64,000 bases of DNA from an uncultured Prochlorococcus sp. GTDB taxonomy: Bacteria > Cyanobacteriota > Cyanobacteriia > PCC-6307 > Cyanobiaceae. The translations under genes and the position numbers were made by a program. Every line of letters starts with the position of its first letter. The stretch's first letter is position 1. Location: assembly GCA_902627335.1 (NCBI GenBank), contig CACOIV010000002.1, positions 15,895 to 79,894 on the forward strand, written 5' to 3'. The notes under the pieces were generated by a model. The model did not search any database. It was given only the letters and a program-made list of their open reading frames with translations, and had not been told where the DNA came from. Of this stretch, positions 20,432 through 31,736 are shown one piece after another.

Positions 20432-20492
20432 ATATTTTTTACTAACTTTTTATATTGTATCGAATACGAATATTTTTCAAGTATTTGCAAAT

Positions 20493-21305
20493 TTATACAT
20501 TATCTTCAATTAATAAATTGCCCCATGGATTTAAGTCATCAATGTTTTTTTGTGTTCTACCTGCTATGAGAGGAAAATTGATTGTTTCCAAATCCATCCC
20601 AGATTGAAGGTTAAGAGGATTCATTTTTAGCCAATTTATTTTACAATTAAGTTCCTCTAAAATAAGCCATGCAGCGGCAATATCCCATATTTTTGGAGTT
20701 GATTCGATAGCACCGAATGTTTGCCCCATTGCCACACTAGTTAAGTTTAGACTTGAAACTCCAAGTAGTCTTATTTTTCCAGGAAACACTTCATTTGGAT
20801 TTTTTTGCAATATTTTTATTGATCTGCTGCACAAAGAGACGCATTGACTTCTTTGCAAATTATTTTCGCAGATAATTTTCTTATCATTAAGCCATACACC
20901 CTCATTCTTTATGGCAACAAACTTTTTCTTTAAAGTTGGGATAATAAGAAATGAGGTTTGAGGTTTTCCTCTTAAAAATCTAGCTATTGATATTGACCAA
21001 TAAGGAATTCCAGCAGCAAAGTTAGTGGTCCCATCTAAAGGATCTACAACCCAGTACGCCTCGTTATAAGGTACATATTTTTGACCTTCCTCGCTTAGAA
21101 CTCCTTCGTTTGGTGCAATATTTGATAACCCATTTACAATGGTTCGATCACTCCATAAATCACAACTTGTTATTAATGATCCATCTGATTTATTACTAGC
21201 TGAAATATTACCAAAATCTTTTAACTGTCTTTCACTTATTAAATTAAACAAAGAGTCTAATTCCTTTAATTGATTTTGATTTAATTTGTCAATTGGATTT
21301 CCCAT
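20493..21305 (-). CDS. inositol monophosphatase family protein
   Basis: SEE, WVVDPLDGTTNF, WDIAA. Confidence 0.92.
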   Translation of the reverse strand: MGNPIDKLNQNQLKELDSLFNLISERQLKDFGNISASNKSDGSLITSCDLWSDRTIVNGLSNIAPNEGVLSEEGQKYVPYNEAYWVVDPLDGTTNFAAGIPYWSISIARFLRGKPQTSFLIIPTLKKKFVAIKNEGVWLNDKKIICENNLQRSQCVSLCSRSIKILQKNPNEVFPGKIRLLGVSSLNLTSVAMGQTFGAIESTPKIWDIAAAWLILEELNCKINWLKMNPLNLQSGMDLETINFPLIAGRTQKNIDDLNPWGNLLIEDNV

Positions 21306-21320
21306 ATATATAATTATGCA

Positions 21321-22766
21321 TTAATAATCGCAGAGTGAATAAATTTTATTGTTAATTTCAGTATTTATATTTTCACATTTAGGTATCTTTTTTAAGAAAG
21401 TTAATCTTTCAAGTTTATCAAGATTGATATTGTAGTTATATATTGCATCTATATATTTTGTTCTCGCATTTGTTAACTCTTTTTGTCTTAGCAAAACATC
21501 TTTTAAAGTTGATATACCAACTTCATATCTCAACCTAGAGAGTCTCAAACCTTCTTCTGTTGATTTTATTTCTTTTTTTGACGAGATGACTTTACTTTGA
21601 TTTTTAATTAAATTTAAATATGTTTCTGTGATATTTGTCTTTAAAATATTTCTTAAATTTGCATAAGCAAATTTTTCAGATTCAACCTCTGAATTTTTTG
21701 CTTTTGAAGAATTTATATTTTCCCCTCCATTAAAAATATTCCATGTGAAATTTAAGCTTATAGTATTCAGATAGCTTGAACTATTATTTTTAGGATCAAT
21801 TGAAGTTGTTAATGTACTCCCTTTTGAAAAAGTGGTAGATAAATTATTACTTACATAAATAATTGGTAAATTTGCATTCTTAAATATTTTGGCTTGATTT
21901 TTTTTAATTAGACCTTGGAGATTAATATTTTTTAGAGAGAAACTGTTCTTTAAACCATTATTAATATTTTGATTTAATTGATAATTCCAAAAACCCATTA
22001 ATCTCTGTTTATTGTTAATGTTTAATTCTTTTTGAAAATCTACATTTAATATCTCCTTAAGTGAAAGTAAACTGATTTCTTCAATAATTTTTTTCTCTTC
22101 CAATAATTGTTGATCTCGTGCAAGTTGAGAATTTGCTTCAAGTACATCAAATTTCGTTCCAATACCAATTTCTAATTTAGATTTAGCGTCTTTTAAACTC
22201 AATAAAGATAAATCGACAGCTATTGATGCATTTTGTGTACCTTCATAAGATTGCTGAAGTTTATGAAACCTTGATTTAGCTTCTTGTATTAGATCATATT
22301 TTTTTATCTCAAAATTATTTTTCGCAATTTCATAATTTGTTCTTGCAGATTTTATCTCTAAACCTCTTTGAGGATCAATAAGATCCCATCTAAGAAAGAG
22401 TGATGGATTTGCCTTGAATTGGGAAGTCTTTGTATTAGCTGTCCTGTTATTATAATTTTTGCCATATAAATATTGAGGAAGTCCATTGGCGTTTAAATCG
22501 AGAGATGGGTATCTTTTAGAAATTTTACTTGAGAGGTTATAACTTGCTGAAGAAACTAATTCTTGAAGAGATTTTAATTCAAGATTATTATTTGAAAGTA
22601 TGGTTGGTATATCTTCAAATTTGATATTGTTTTCATTTAATAATTTTTGTACGGATATAGATTTTGTATTAGCAATTGCACCAGAAATACTCGACGTTAA
22701 TGGCCCTAAGCAAAAGAGATATATAGCTATTGAATATCTTAGAGATAGTTTAAACATGATTTGCAA
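21321..22766 (-). CDS. TolC family outer membrane efflux protein
   Basis: signal peptide, YPSLDL, GIGTKFDVLEA, RYEVGIST. Confidence 0.88.
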   Translation of the reverse strand: MQIMFKLSLRYSIAIYLFCLGPLTSSISGAIANTKSISVQKLLNENNIKFEDIPTILSNNNLELKSLQELVSSASYNLSSKISKRYPSLDLNANGLPQYLYGKNYNNRTANTKTSQFKANPSLFLRWDLIDPQRGLEIKSARTNYEIAKNNFEIKKYDLIQEAKSRFHKLQQSYEGTQNASIAVDLSLLSLKDAKSKLEIGIGTKFDVLEANSQLARDQQLLEEKKIIEEISLLSLKEILNVDFQKELNINNKQRLMGFWNYQLNQNINNGLKNSFSLKNINLQGLIKKNQAKIFKNANLPIIYVSNNLSTTFSKGSTLTTSIDPKNNSSSYLNTISLNFTWNIFNGGENINSSKAKNSEVESEKFAYANLRNILKTNITETYLNLIKNQSKVISSKKEIKSTEEGLRLSRLRYEVGISTLKDVLLRQKELTNARTKYIDAIYNYNINLDKLERLTFLKKIPKCENINTEINNKIYSLCDY

Positions 22767-24162
22767 ATCTTTTAGAGGTGCTAATACCTATAAGATTCTT
22801 AATAATATCATTTGCATCATCTACAACGTGAATTTCAGTCCCTAATGCTTTCTCCACTTCTGAAATGTTTTTATCATCTAAAAATAAATCAGTATTTATT
22901 TTTAACATCATTGAAGGTATAAATATAGCTTCACCTAAATCCTTGTCTTTTAAACCAATAATTAAATCCTCTCCTGTAAGTAATCCTGTTACAACTTGTT
23001 CTTGGCCCCAATAAATACTTGGTAAGCCATAAAGATTAATATTTAAACCAATGATTTCATTTAGTTTGTTTTTGGTAGGAATAAGTGCTTCATAAACTAA
23101 CTTCCCTACAACCCAGCTAACTGTCCTCTCTTGTTTGATTCTTTTTGGTAATGATCTTGTTTTTATGTCTAGCATATTAAGAAAACTTCTAATTGTTCCT
23201 ACTCCATTTGATTCTTGCGGCATATCTTCATAGGTTTTATATTGTGGTAAATTTTTTCCTGCGATTAAATACCATTCATCAGATAACCAACAAAATCTAG
23301 TACCAATTTTTTTTTGCATGTCTCTTTGTATAGTTTCAATCTGATCAATTATTTGTATGGCATATTCTTGATTTATGGCAACCAGTCCATCTTCTTTTGG
23401 TCTGAACTTGGTTAATCCTACAGGCACAATTGCTACGGAAAGGACTGTTTTTTGAGTCTTTTTATAAAAGGACGATAAATCATATATAGATTGTTTTAAG
23501 ATATCTGAATCATTTATATTTGGACAAATTACTATCTGCGCATGTATTTGAATTGCATTCTTCTCAAACCATCTGATTTGATTTAAAATTTCTCTTGCTT
23601 TTTTATTAATTAATAATCTTTCTCTTACATCAGCATGAGTTGCATGAACAGAAACAAATAAAGGTGATAATTTTTGAATCGCAATTCTATCCCAATCCTC
23701 TTGTCTTAAATTTGTTAATGTTAGATATGACCCATATAAAAAACTCATCCTATAATCATCATCTTTTAGATATAAACTTGTTCTCTTTCCTGGAGGTTGT
23801 TGATCAATAAAGCAAAAAGGACATTTATTATTGCATTCTTTTAGTGAATCAAATAAGGCATCTTTGAAATTTATCCCTAAATTTAAGTCTTGATCTTTTT
23901 CAATTGTAATATTATGGATTTTTTTATTTTTATCTAATACTGAGATTTCAAGAATTTCTTCACTAATAAGTATCTGATAATCTATTAAATCTCTTGGTTG
24001 AATACCATTAATACTAATTATTGCATCTCCGGATTCAAATCCTATTTCAGCTGCAATAGAATCTGTATCGATAGTATCTATAATAGCTGGGTTTATTTTT
24101 TGCTTCTGTTTAGCAATTAATACATCATTTAAATTTTCTGAGTAATTAGTTTCTTGCCACAC
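22750..24162 (-). CDS. TIGR03279 family radical-SAM-like Fe-S protein with PDZ domain
   Basis: CNNKCPFCFIDQ, LYLKDDDYRMSFLYGSY. Confidence 0.9.
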   Translation of the reverse strand: MWQETNYSENLNDVLIAKQKQKINPAIIDTIDTDSIAAEIGFESGDAIISINGIQPRDLIDYQILISEEILEISVLDKNKKIHNITIEKDQDLNLGINFKDALFDSLKECNNKCPFCFIDQQPPGKRTSLYLKDDDYRMSFLYGSYLTLTNLRQEDWDRIAIQKLSPLFVSVHATHADVRERLLINKKAREILNQIRWFEKNAIQIHAQIVICPNINDSDILKQSIYDLSSFYKKTQKTVLSVAIVPVGLTKFRPKEDGLVAINQEYAIQIIDQIETIQRDMQKKIGTRFCWLSDEWYLIAGKNLPQYKTYEDMPQESNGVGTIRSFLNMLDIKTRSLPKRIKQERTVSWVVGKLVYEALIPTKNKLNEIIGLNINLYGLPSIYWGQEQVVTGLLTGEDLIIGLKDKDLGEAIFIPSMMLKINTDLFLDDKNISEVEKALGTEIHVVDDANDIIKNLIGISTSKRFANHV

Positions 24163-24343
24163 AGTACAGATGCTAAATTGCTTTTACCCTTTATATTGTA
24201 AACTCACACAAGAATTAAAAACTACAAATGCATCTAATATGTATTTCTATTTAAATCATTTTTCTATCTAATGAATTTCTCTAACAACAGTTTTGTTAAA
24301 ATTAGCTTAAATTTATTTAAGTTATATTCATATTAATAGTTAA

Positions 24344-25111
24344 TTGGAAGAGGTGATCACTAAAAAATTGAGTAGTAAAGAAGACGATAAATCTATGTTT
24401 ATTGAAGAAATTCATATTGTTGAGGATACTTTTTTATCTTCCTCAAAAACCTTACGATTCTGGTCTGCTTTTTTTGTGATATTACCTATTTTTTTTCAGG
24501 CACCCTGGGTAAGGTTTCAACCAAATAGTGCTTTGTTATTTACATTTTTTATTTTATCTACTGCAATTTTTCTTACAAGTGAACCTTCAAAAAAATATTT
24601 TATAATTGGCTCTTTATTATTTGGAGTATCTGGAAGTTGGTTGGGAGGATCTTTATTTTGGGGTTGGTTAAGTTCTCACCCTATACTTCATATTCCTGTT
24701 GAGGCTGTTGCACTCCCTCTGGCCTTGGTTGGTTTAGGTACAAAATGGAAGATTGGATCTAGTTTTTATATTTCTTCTTTATTTGGAACCGCTATGACGG
24801 ATATTGCAATATTTCTTACTGGAATTATGGATCAATGGATGGAGGTAATTAGTGCGGATTCAGAAAATGCCCCTATTATTCTTCAAAAAACATCAGAAAA
24901 TCTTCTTGCTTTCAAACCATTATTAATAATTTTAGTATCAGGATTGTTTTTGTGGTTTATTTCGCAAAAAATGTCTTATTATGCTTCATTTAATTCTTCC
25001 AATAAAAGATCATTATTAGTAGCGAGTTATGTTTTGCAAACCACATTAATTGTTGATGGGTTATTTATTTTATTAGCAATCGTAGAACCCTCTTTAAGTG
25101 GGTTGGTTTAA
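24344..25111 (+). CDS. DUF3120 family membrane protein
   Basis: PIFFQAPWVR, GSLFWGW, HIPVEA. Confidence 0.85.
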   Translation: MEEVITKKLSSKEDDKSMFIEEIHIVEDTFLSSSKTLRFWSAFFVILPIFFQAPWVRFQPNSALLFTFFILSTAIFLTSEPSKKYFIIGSLLFGVSGSWLGGSLFWGWLSSHPILHIPVEAVALPLALVGLGTKWKIGSSFYISSLFGTAMTDIAIFLTGIMDQWMEVISADSENAPIILQKTSENLLAFKPLLIILVSGLFLWFISQKMSYYASFNSSNKRSLLVASYVLQTTLIVDGLFILLAIVEPSLSGLV

Positions 25112-26778
25112 TGTTAAGACCTCCATTTTCAAAAGAATTAATAGAAATAAATGAATGGGATGTAATCGTAATTGGAGCTGGAGCAGCAGGTTTAATGGCA
25201 TCTTTAGAATTACCTGAAAATTATAAAGTTCTACTTTTAAATCGTAATACTAATCAAAACTCTTCAAGTAGATGGGCGCAAGGAGGAATTGCCTCAGTAG
25301 TCAGACCTGATGACTCTTTTGATTTGCATATCCAGGATACTGTCAATGCTGGGGATGGTCTTTGTGATTTGCAATCTGTAGAAATGCTTGTTAAAGAGGC
25401 TCCTGAATGTGTTAATAGACTTCAAAAGCTAGGTATGATTTTTGATCAAAACTCCAATGAATTATCTACAACTTTAGAAGCAGCGCACTCTTGTAGAAGA
25501 GTTTTACATGTAAAGGATAGGACTGGGAGAGCGCTTGTTGAAGTATTGGAGGATCATGTTGAGAATAAGAAAAATGTTTTGCATTGTAGAGGAGTGAGGG
25601 TTACTGATATATCTGTAGAAAATAATTGCTGCAATGGGGTTCAAGTCTTAGATGGATCTAATTTATATTGGATTCATGCTAAGGCTATAGTTTTAGCTAC
25701 TGGAGGAGGAGGCCATCTTTTTGCTAATACCACAAATCCCCCCCAGTCAGCTGGAGAAGGAATTTCTTTGGCTTGGGAGGCGGGTGCTGCCATAGAGGAT
25801 TTGGAATTTATACAATTTCATCCAACTGCTTTAAAGTTTTATGGCGCTCCTTGTTTTTTGATTTCTGAAGCCTTAAGAGGAGAAGGTGCTTTATTGGTAG
25901 ATGATTTTGGTAATAGTCCAGTTAGTAAATTACAAGATAAGGAATTATCAACTAGAGATCAAGTAAGTAGAGCTGTTATGAGTTATATGAAAGGTAAAAA
26001 TATAGATCATGTAGGTTTGGATCTTAGATTAATTGAACCAGAAGTAATAATAAAAAGGTTCCCTACTATATTAAGCAGATGTCAAGAATATGGTATTAAC
26101 CCTTTAAATGAATTGATACCTGTTGCACCTGCTGCGCATTATTGGATGGGGGGTGTTTATACAGGTATTAATGCCTCTACTACAGTAAAAGGTTTATATG
26201 CAGTTGGAGAAGTTGCTTCAACTGGGGTACATGGAGCAAATAGACTAGCTAGCAATTCATTAATGGAGTGCCTTGTTTTTGCGAGAAAGTTATCAGAAAT
26301 TGATTTAGAGAATACAAAGAATTTTAATTTTTCTAAAAGGTTTCTTATACAAGAAAGAGATATAGATTTTAATAAGGATTATTGTAATAAAATTTCCAAT
26401 AAAATTGATTCCTTAAGAAAATCATGTTGGGAATTTTTAGGAGTTTCAAGAGTAAAAGAGAATATGAGAAAGTTTGTAAACGAACTTGATATTCAGTGCT
26501 CAGATTTAAATCAAAATGAACTTCTTATTATGACTAAAGAGCTTAGTTTTGATCAGAGAATTATACTTAGTGAGCCCAACAGAAGAGCTCTCAATCTAAT
26601 AATGGATTTAAATAATAGGCAGATTACAACAAAACTATTATTAGATGCTTGTCTTTTTAGAGAAGAAAGCAGAGGCGGGCATTTTAGATATGATTTTCCT
26701 AATAAAAGTGAAGACTGGAAATGTCATTCAAGACAAATTAAAAAACAAAAAATTCAAAAAAGATATATCAAAAATTAG
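25111..26778 (+). CDS. nadB: L-aspartate oxidase
   Basis: GAGAAG, WAQGGIA, QFHPT, HYWMGG, HGANRLASNSL, EESRGGH. Confidence 0.96.
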   Translation: MLRPPFSKELIEINEWDVIVIGAGAAGLMASLELPENYKVLLLNRNTNQNSSSRWAQGGIASVVRPDDSFDLHIQDTVNAGDGLCDLQSVEMLVKEAPECVNRLQKLGMIFDQNSNELSTTLEAAHSCRRVLHVKDRTGRALVEVLEDHVENKKNVLHCRGVRVTDISVENNCCNGVQVLDGSNLYWIHAKAIVLATGGGGHLFANTTNPPQSAGEGISLAWEAGAAIEDLEFIQFHPTALKFYGAPCFLISEALRGEGALLVDDFGNSPVSKLQDKELSTRDQVSRAVMSYMKGKNIDHVGLDLRLIEPEVIIKRFPTILSRCQEYGINPLNELIPVAPAAHYWMGGVYTGINASTTVKGLYAVGEVASTGVHGANRLASNSLMECLVFARKLSEIDLENTKNFNFSKRFLIQERDIDFNKDYCNKISNKIDSLRKSCWEFLGVSRVKENMRKFVNELDIQCSDLNQNELLIMTKELSFDQRIILSEPNRRALNLIMDLNNRQITTKLLLDACLFREESRGGHFRYDFPNKSEDWKCHSRQIKKQKIQKRYIKN

Positions 26779-27703
26779 TATCTCCCATATAACCAGTCAT
26801 ATTTGCTAATTCTTGAAGATCTCTTGTTCCACTATAAATTTTATTATTTATCTCCCATGATGGAAAACCTTCAATTCCTTTTTTAGCACAGAGTTCATAT
26901 TGATTATCAATTCCATCTTTTGCACATTCAATAATAGTCAATTCTTTAGCTGCTTTTTTGCCAAATAATTGTTTTTGATCATGACAATGAGGACACCAAT
27001 ATGCACTATACATAATTATCTTATTGTCATTTAAAAACTTTGCAAAATTAATTTTTTGTTTTGAGCTTTTAGTAGTGATTAGTGGTGCTAATTTTTCTGA
27101 AGGATTAATAGTTTCGCTAGCTTTGGAAGGATCAACTTGGTTAGACCATATTAATCCTCCTAAAAGAACTATAAAAGCGATTGTGATTCCTCTATAAAGC
27201 ATAGGTTCCCTATCTTCAAATTTTGCACCCATAATAGTCAGTATAAATATAGAAAATGATAAAACAGCTGAAAGTATACAAAAAATGCAAAAAGCTTCTA
27301 TCTTAAAAAACATTATATTGATAAGTAAAAAACTAAATACTGATGATCCTAAAGAAATTAAATAAAGTAACCACCATAAAGTTCTACTTAATTTTTCTTT
27401 GGCTGGTAATATTTTTAGTGTAAGAATTATTGTTATTAAAAGAATTACAGAATAAGTTATTAGTCCAGCAAGAGATAGAGGAATATTTATTTGATTATTG
27501 CTAACTAAGGTTCCCCATGGGCTATTTAAAACAGCATCGCATCCATTTATCCCAGGGCAAGAAAGAGAGGAGAATAACCCCCATTTTTTAAGAGTAATTG
27601 AACCAGTATCTACTATCCCAATAGTGCTTAAAAGAGCAATTAATATTTTTGGCCATTTTATAGCTTTTTCATTTGAGCTTTTAATTCTGGTTATTTTCAT
27701 CAA
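26768..27703 (-). CDS. vitamin K epoxide reductase (VKOR) fused to thioredoxin domain
   Basis: C..C.AVLNSPW, FCIFC, YWCPHC. Confidence 0.92.
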   Translation of the reverse strand: MMKITRIKSSNEKAIKWPKILIALLSTIGIVDTGSITLKKWGLFSSLSCPGINGCDAVLNSPWGTLVSNNQINIPLSLAGLITYSVILLITIILTLKILPAKEKLSRTLWWLLYLISLGSSVFSFLLINIMFFKIEAFCIFCILSAVLSFSIFILTIMGAKFEDREPMLYRGITIAFIVLLGGLIWSNQVDPSKASETINPSEKLAPLITTKSSKQKINFAKFLNDNKIIMYSAYWCPHCHDQKQLFGKKAAKELTIIECAKDGIDNQYELCAKKGIEGFPSWEINNKIYSGTRDLQELANMTGYMGDTNF

Positions 27704-27783
27704 TACTTAACAAAATATAACTAATTTAATTTTAATGATAATTTTTGAGAAAAGAAAATTTTTTTTGAATTACTAAAAATTAT

Positions 27784-27876
27784 TTAAATTAACTTAATAG
27801 CTCTTAAAAGTTTATCTAAAGCAAATGCCGCGCCAAATCCAAATATTAAAAAAGCAAAGTAGAAGATAATATTCAT
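27784..27876 (-). CDS. petL: cytochrome b6f subunit VI PetL (30 aa), not in ORF track
   Basis: MNIIFYFAFLIFGFGAAFALDKLLRAIKLI*; single TM and LRAIKLI C-terminus. Confidence 0.85.
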   Translation of the reverse strand: MNIIFYFAFLIFGFGAAFALDKLLRAIKLI

Positions 27877-27939
27877 AATAAACTCTTTTTTTTTAATCTA
27901 GCAATTTTTCATTTTAATTAATCATTATAGTCTAATTTC

Positions 27940-28326
27940 TTAATCTTGAATATATTCAAGATTTCTCACGATGCATTCTTCTGCTTTTTGCAATTCTCTG
28001 CCTAAATAGAGTGCATGATCTAGCTTAGATATTAAACTTTCTTCTTTCTCAGAAAGTAAAATTCCAACTTCCTTGGCTGTATCTCCAATGAATATTTTAT
28101 TATATTGTCTTATATTTTCGTCCCTGCATGTTATTGGCATATTTGTATCTGGATCAATTGCTAGCCCCTTCTTATTTATCTTATTTAGATAGTGTTCAAC
28201 AATTATTTTTTTATTAATTAAATCTATTTTTATTAGAAAATAACCCTTTGGATCTAAATTAATATTTCTTTTGGATAATTCTTTATCTATATTTTTTCTT
28301 TTTTTTTCTGAGGAAATTAGATCCAT
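27940..28326 (-). CDS. DUF4346 family protein
   Basis: LDPKGYFLI, LDHALYLGRELQKAE, YIQD. Confidence 0.87.
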   Translation of the reverse strand: MDLISSEKKRKNIDKELSKRNINLDPKGYFLIKIDLINKKIIVEHYLNKINKKGLAIDPDTNMPITCRDENIRQYNKIFIGDTAKEVGILLSEKEESLISKLDHALYLGRELQKAEECIVRNLEYIQD

Positions 28327-28367
28327 TTAATATTGGCATATTAACTACTTATCATATAATAATTAAT

Positions 28368-29528
28368 TTATTTAATAAAAGGAATTGAATTATTTTCTAT
28401 CTCAATTTCATCAAAAGTAATTTTATTAGTTTTTGCAAGCCAATCGCTAATTATATTTTCCATGCCAGTATTAAACCATTTGTGAAAACTTTTTGTACTT
28501 TTAGCATAAAATCCTCTTCTCCTTTTTTGTTTACCTCCTGCTCCTGGATCAAATCTTTCAATATTATTTGCGATTGCCCATTCAATTGGTTTGTAATAAC
28601 ATAACTCAAAATGAAGATTATCAATTTCCATATTACATCCCCAATATCTGCCCCATAAATTTTTGTTATTTTTAACGCACATTGACATCGCGATTGGTTC
28701 GTTAGAGTGATTTTCGTAAGCACTAAAAATTAGAAGATCCTCTTTATTATCAATACTATTTTTAAAAAAATCTGAAGTAAGGTACTTGCTACCCCAAATT
28801 CCCCATTTTAGACAATGCTGTTCGTAAAAGTAATGCATATCTTTTAAAATGCCTGCATTTATATTTATTCCTGTAAAGGTTTGTATATGAATATTTTTAT
28901 TAACGATTGATTTTCTTTCTCTTTTAATATTTCGCCTTTGATTGGAATTGAATCTTAATAAATAATCATCAAAGGTTTTTTCACCTTGAGCAATCCATTC
29001 ACTTCTTATATTTAGCCAATCATAATATCCTGATTTTTTTAGATAATTGCCCCAACTATCATCCACATATAAAAAGTTGCAACTTAAGATATTATTTCTT
29101 TTGGCAAATTTTTCAATATTCTTAATCAAGAAATTAGTGATTTCTAATTTTTTAGAGTTTTCTTTATATATAAATTGATAACCCTCGATCGGGCTATAGG
29201 GGCTCATACCAATTAATTTTGGATAATAATTTAAATTAAGTTCCTGAGCTAATCTTGCAAACGATTGATCAAATATAAATTCTCCATAACTATGATTTTT
29301 TAGATAGAGAGGAGCAATTGCAGATAACTCTTTTGTATTGTTTTTATAAGCCAAAAAATAAAGAGGTTGCCAACCAGTTTCTCTTTTAACAGAGTTAGAT
29401 AACTCGAGATTTTTTATCCACGTCCATTTATAAAAGGGATTATTTTGTTTGTTGAATTCATCCCAAATTTCTTTTTTGATTTCAGAAATGGAAAGTTTTA
29501 CTTCTAAGTAATAATTGGTTTCATTCAT
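28368..29528 (-). CDS. GNAT-like FemAB-related (DUF482) protein
   Basis: HSYGEFIFD, LWGRYWG, HFELCYY, GAGG. Confidence 0.88.
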   Translation of the reverse strand: MNETNYYLEVKLSISEIKKEIWDEFNKQNNPFYKWTWIKNLELSNSVKRETGWQPLYFLAYKNNTKELSAIAPLYLKNHSYGEFIFDQSFARLAQELNLNYYPKLIGMSPYSPIEGYQFIYKENSKKLEITNFLIKNIEKFAKRNNILSCNFLYVDDSWGNYLKKSGYYDWLNIRSEWIAQGEKTFDDYLLRFNSNQRRNIKRERKSIVNKNIHIQTFTGININAGILKDMHYFYEQHCLKWGIWGSKYLTSDFFKNSIDNKEDLLIFSAYENHSNEPIAMSMCVKNNKNLWGRYWGCNMEIDNLHFELCYYKPIEWAIANNIERFDPGAGGKQKRRRGFYAKSTKSFHKWFNTGMENIISDWLAKTNKITFDEIEIENNSIPFIK

Positions 29529-29550
29529 AAACTTTTAAACTTCGATATAT

Positions 29551-30204
29551 TTATTTATTTTTTTTGTAATGGATAAATATTTCATTAGTTTTTAATTGCT
29601 TACAAGATTTTATTATCCATTCATTTTTAAAATCTAAAAATCTTTCATTTGTTTTATAAGGTAGCCATATATATTTACCACCAATTATTTTGGGTACAAT
29701 TGTAATTTTTATTTCATCAATTAAATCCTCTATCATAAATGAATGTATTAGTTTAGCTCCTCCAAGCAATGCTATTTTTTTAATCCCTTCTTTTTTTAAG
29801 TTTGCTAATGTTTGGAGCCATGAATCTTTATAAAAAAACTCTTTATCGAAATTAAAATTTTTGGAAATTTGTTGAGGTTTTGAATTGATTAGCCATCTTT
29901 TAATTGGCTGATTAAAATAAACCCATTCTTTTTCAAAAGTACTTGGGTTCCCCGCAATAATCGAAATTGGTTGTGAATCTTTGATTATAAATTTTGTTTG
30001 ATCTATAAATTTTTTTAAAAGAAATGTACTTTGATGAACTCGAAGGGTACCTGATCCAAATATTGTGGCATCAACTTTTGATATAGCATTATTAAGCATC
30101 TTCTTGTCTTCAAAACTTCCAATATGCTCAGAATGATTTATGGGAAATGATAATCTTCCATCAATACTAGATGCAATAACTAGGATTATATTTGGTTTAT
30201 TCAA
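29551..30204 (-). CDS. RibD C-terminal / dihydrofolate reductase-like protein
   Basis: ASSIDG, GSGTLR, LGGAKL, DEIKITIVP. Confidence 0.85.
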   Translation of the reverse strand: MNKPNIILVIASSIDGRLSFPINHSEHIGSFEDKKMLNNAISKVDATIFGSGTLRVHQSTFLLKKFIDQTKFIIKDSQPISIIAGNPSTFEKEWVYFNQPIKRWLINSKPQQISKNFNFDKEFFYKDSWLQTLANLKKEGIKKIALLGGAKLIHSFMIEDLIDEIKITIVPKIIGGKYIWLPYKTNERFLDFKNEWIIKSCKQLKTNEIFIHYKKNK

Positions 30205-31127
30205 GCTTGGACAACTAAGGAGTTCTCGAGATTTTTTTGTAAAGAATTTGGAATACTCTGTTCAACATAAATTTCAGCAGCATTATTTGGACTTTCTTGC
30301 AGTCTAATCTTATGTAAATTTGCTCCAATATTTTTAATTGGCAAGGAAAGTATGTCTGCTATGTGTAATGCGATATTCTCGCAGGTAGGTACACAAGTTT
30401 TAAAGTATTCTATATCTTTATTCAAGAAAGTATGATCAAGTTGTTCTACAATAAGATCATCAATTATTGTTTGTAGTGAGGGTAAATCACATATCATTCC
30501 AGTTCTTGGATCAATATCACCCCTAACAGTAACATCTAGAAAATAATTATGACCATGTCCGTTAATTCTGGCACATTTACCATAGATTTTTTTGTTTTCA
30601 CTAAGTGAGATCTCATCTTTAGCTAGTCTATGAGCAGCATTAAAATGAGTTTGAACTGTTAATAAAGCTTCCATTTTTTTTCCATAATAATCCGCCCATA
30701 ATGAAGGGCTTTCGTAAAGTCTCAATGCAGTTAATGGTAAATCATTTTTTAAACGATTCCAAATAATACTAACTAGAGCTTCTGTGGTAGGGAGTATGCC
30801 TGAATCCTTAGTTATATCAAATTCTGGCCAAACATCATTTAAGAATCGAAAGTCTAGAGGTTCTGTTACTTTATCTTTTATGGAGTGTTTGACATCAGAA
30901 AGATTCAAAACCATTCCATAAGAATCAAGTTCGCCTCCCATTGATACAATTAGCTCGTAATTATGACCATGTCCTGGAGCTAAACTGCATTTTCCAAATA
31001 GAGCAAGATTTTCTTCTGGGCTTTTCTCTGGAAGCCAGTAACGATGGCTAGAGCTAAAACATGCACGGCGAGTAATCACGCATTCCCGCCCTTCACCATG
31101 TTTTGATTTAGATTGAAACAATGACAT
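30201..31127 (-). CDS. queD: 6-carboxytetrahydropterin synthase (tandem-domain PTPS)
   Basis: two PTPS domains with GHGHNY. Confidence 0.9.
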   Translation of the reverse strand: MSLFQSKSKHGEGRECVITRRACFSSSHRYWLPEKSPEENLALFGKCSLAPGHGHNYELIVSMGGELDSYGMVLNLSDVKHSIKDKVTEPLDFRFLNDVWPEFDITKDSGILPTTEALVSIIWNRLKNDLPLTALRLYESPSLWADYYGKKMEALLTVQTHFNAAHRLAKDEISLSENKKIYGKCARINGHGHNYFLDVTVRGDIDPRTGMICDLPSLQTIIDDLIVEQLDHTFLNKDIEYFKTCVPTCENIALHIADILSLPIKNIGANLHKIRLQESPNNAAEIYVEQSIPNSLQKNLENSLVVQA

Positions 31128-31178
31128 GTTTACTTAACATTAATACTATCTTAGAGTCTTAATTAGTATTTTGTCTGT

Positions 31179-31736
31179 ATGGAACCAAATTTCACTAATG
31201 GTCTTACAAAAGAATTAAGAGGAAGGAGTATATTTTTAATAGGAATGATGGGCTCAGGTAAATCATCAACAGGACCTATTATTGCTGAGATTTTGAAATA
31301 TAAATATGTAGATCTTGATTTATTAATTGAAAAATTAACAAAAAAATCAATCGACAAAATTTTTAGCGACGAAGGTGAGGAATATTTTCGAGATCTTGAA
31401 ACTCAATGCCTCCAAGAAGTTATAAAATTACCATCTGTTGTGGTATCAACTGGAGGAGGGGTAGTTTTAAAAAAAGAAAATTGGGGTATTTTACGTCAGG
31501 GCATTATTGTTTGGCTTGATATAAATAAAGAGATTGCGATTAATAGATTAAATTCTAAAGAGAATATCAGACCCTTATTGAATGGGAATATAGGTATAAA
31601 ATATGAAGAAATTTTTGAAACCAGAAAAGATATTTATGCTCAAGCAGATTTAATAGTAAAAATTAATAATGAAGGAGTGAAAAATGTAGCTGAAAAAATT
31701 CTAAAAGATTTAAAAAAAAGATTAATAATTAATTAG
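31179..31736 (+). CDS. aroK: shikimate kinase
   Basis: GMMGSGKS, FRDLE, STGGG, RPLL. Confidence 0.95.
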   Translation: MEPNFTNGLTKELRGRSIFLIGMMGSGKSSTGPIIAEILKYKYVDLDLLIEKLTKKSIDKIFSDEGEEYFRDLETQCLQEVIKLPSVVVSTGGGVVLKKENWGILRQGIIVWLDINKEIAINRLNSKENIRPLLNGNIGIKYEEIFETRKDIYAQADLIVKINNEGVKNVAEKILKDLKKRLIIN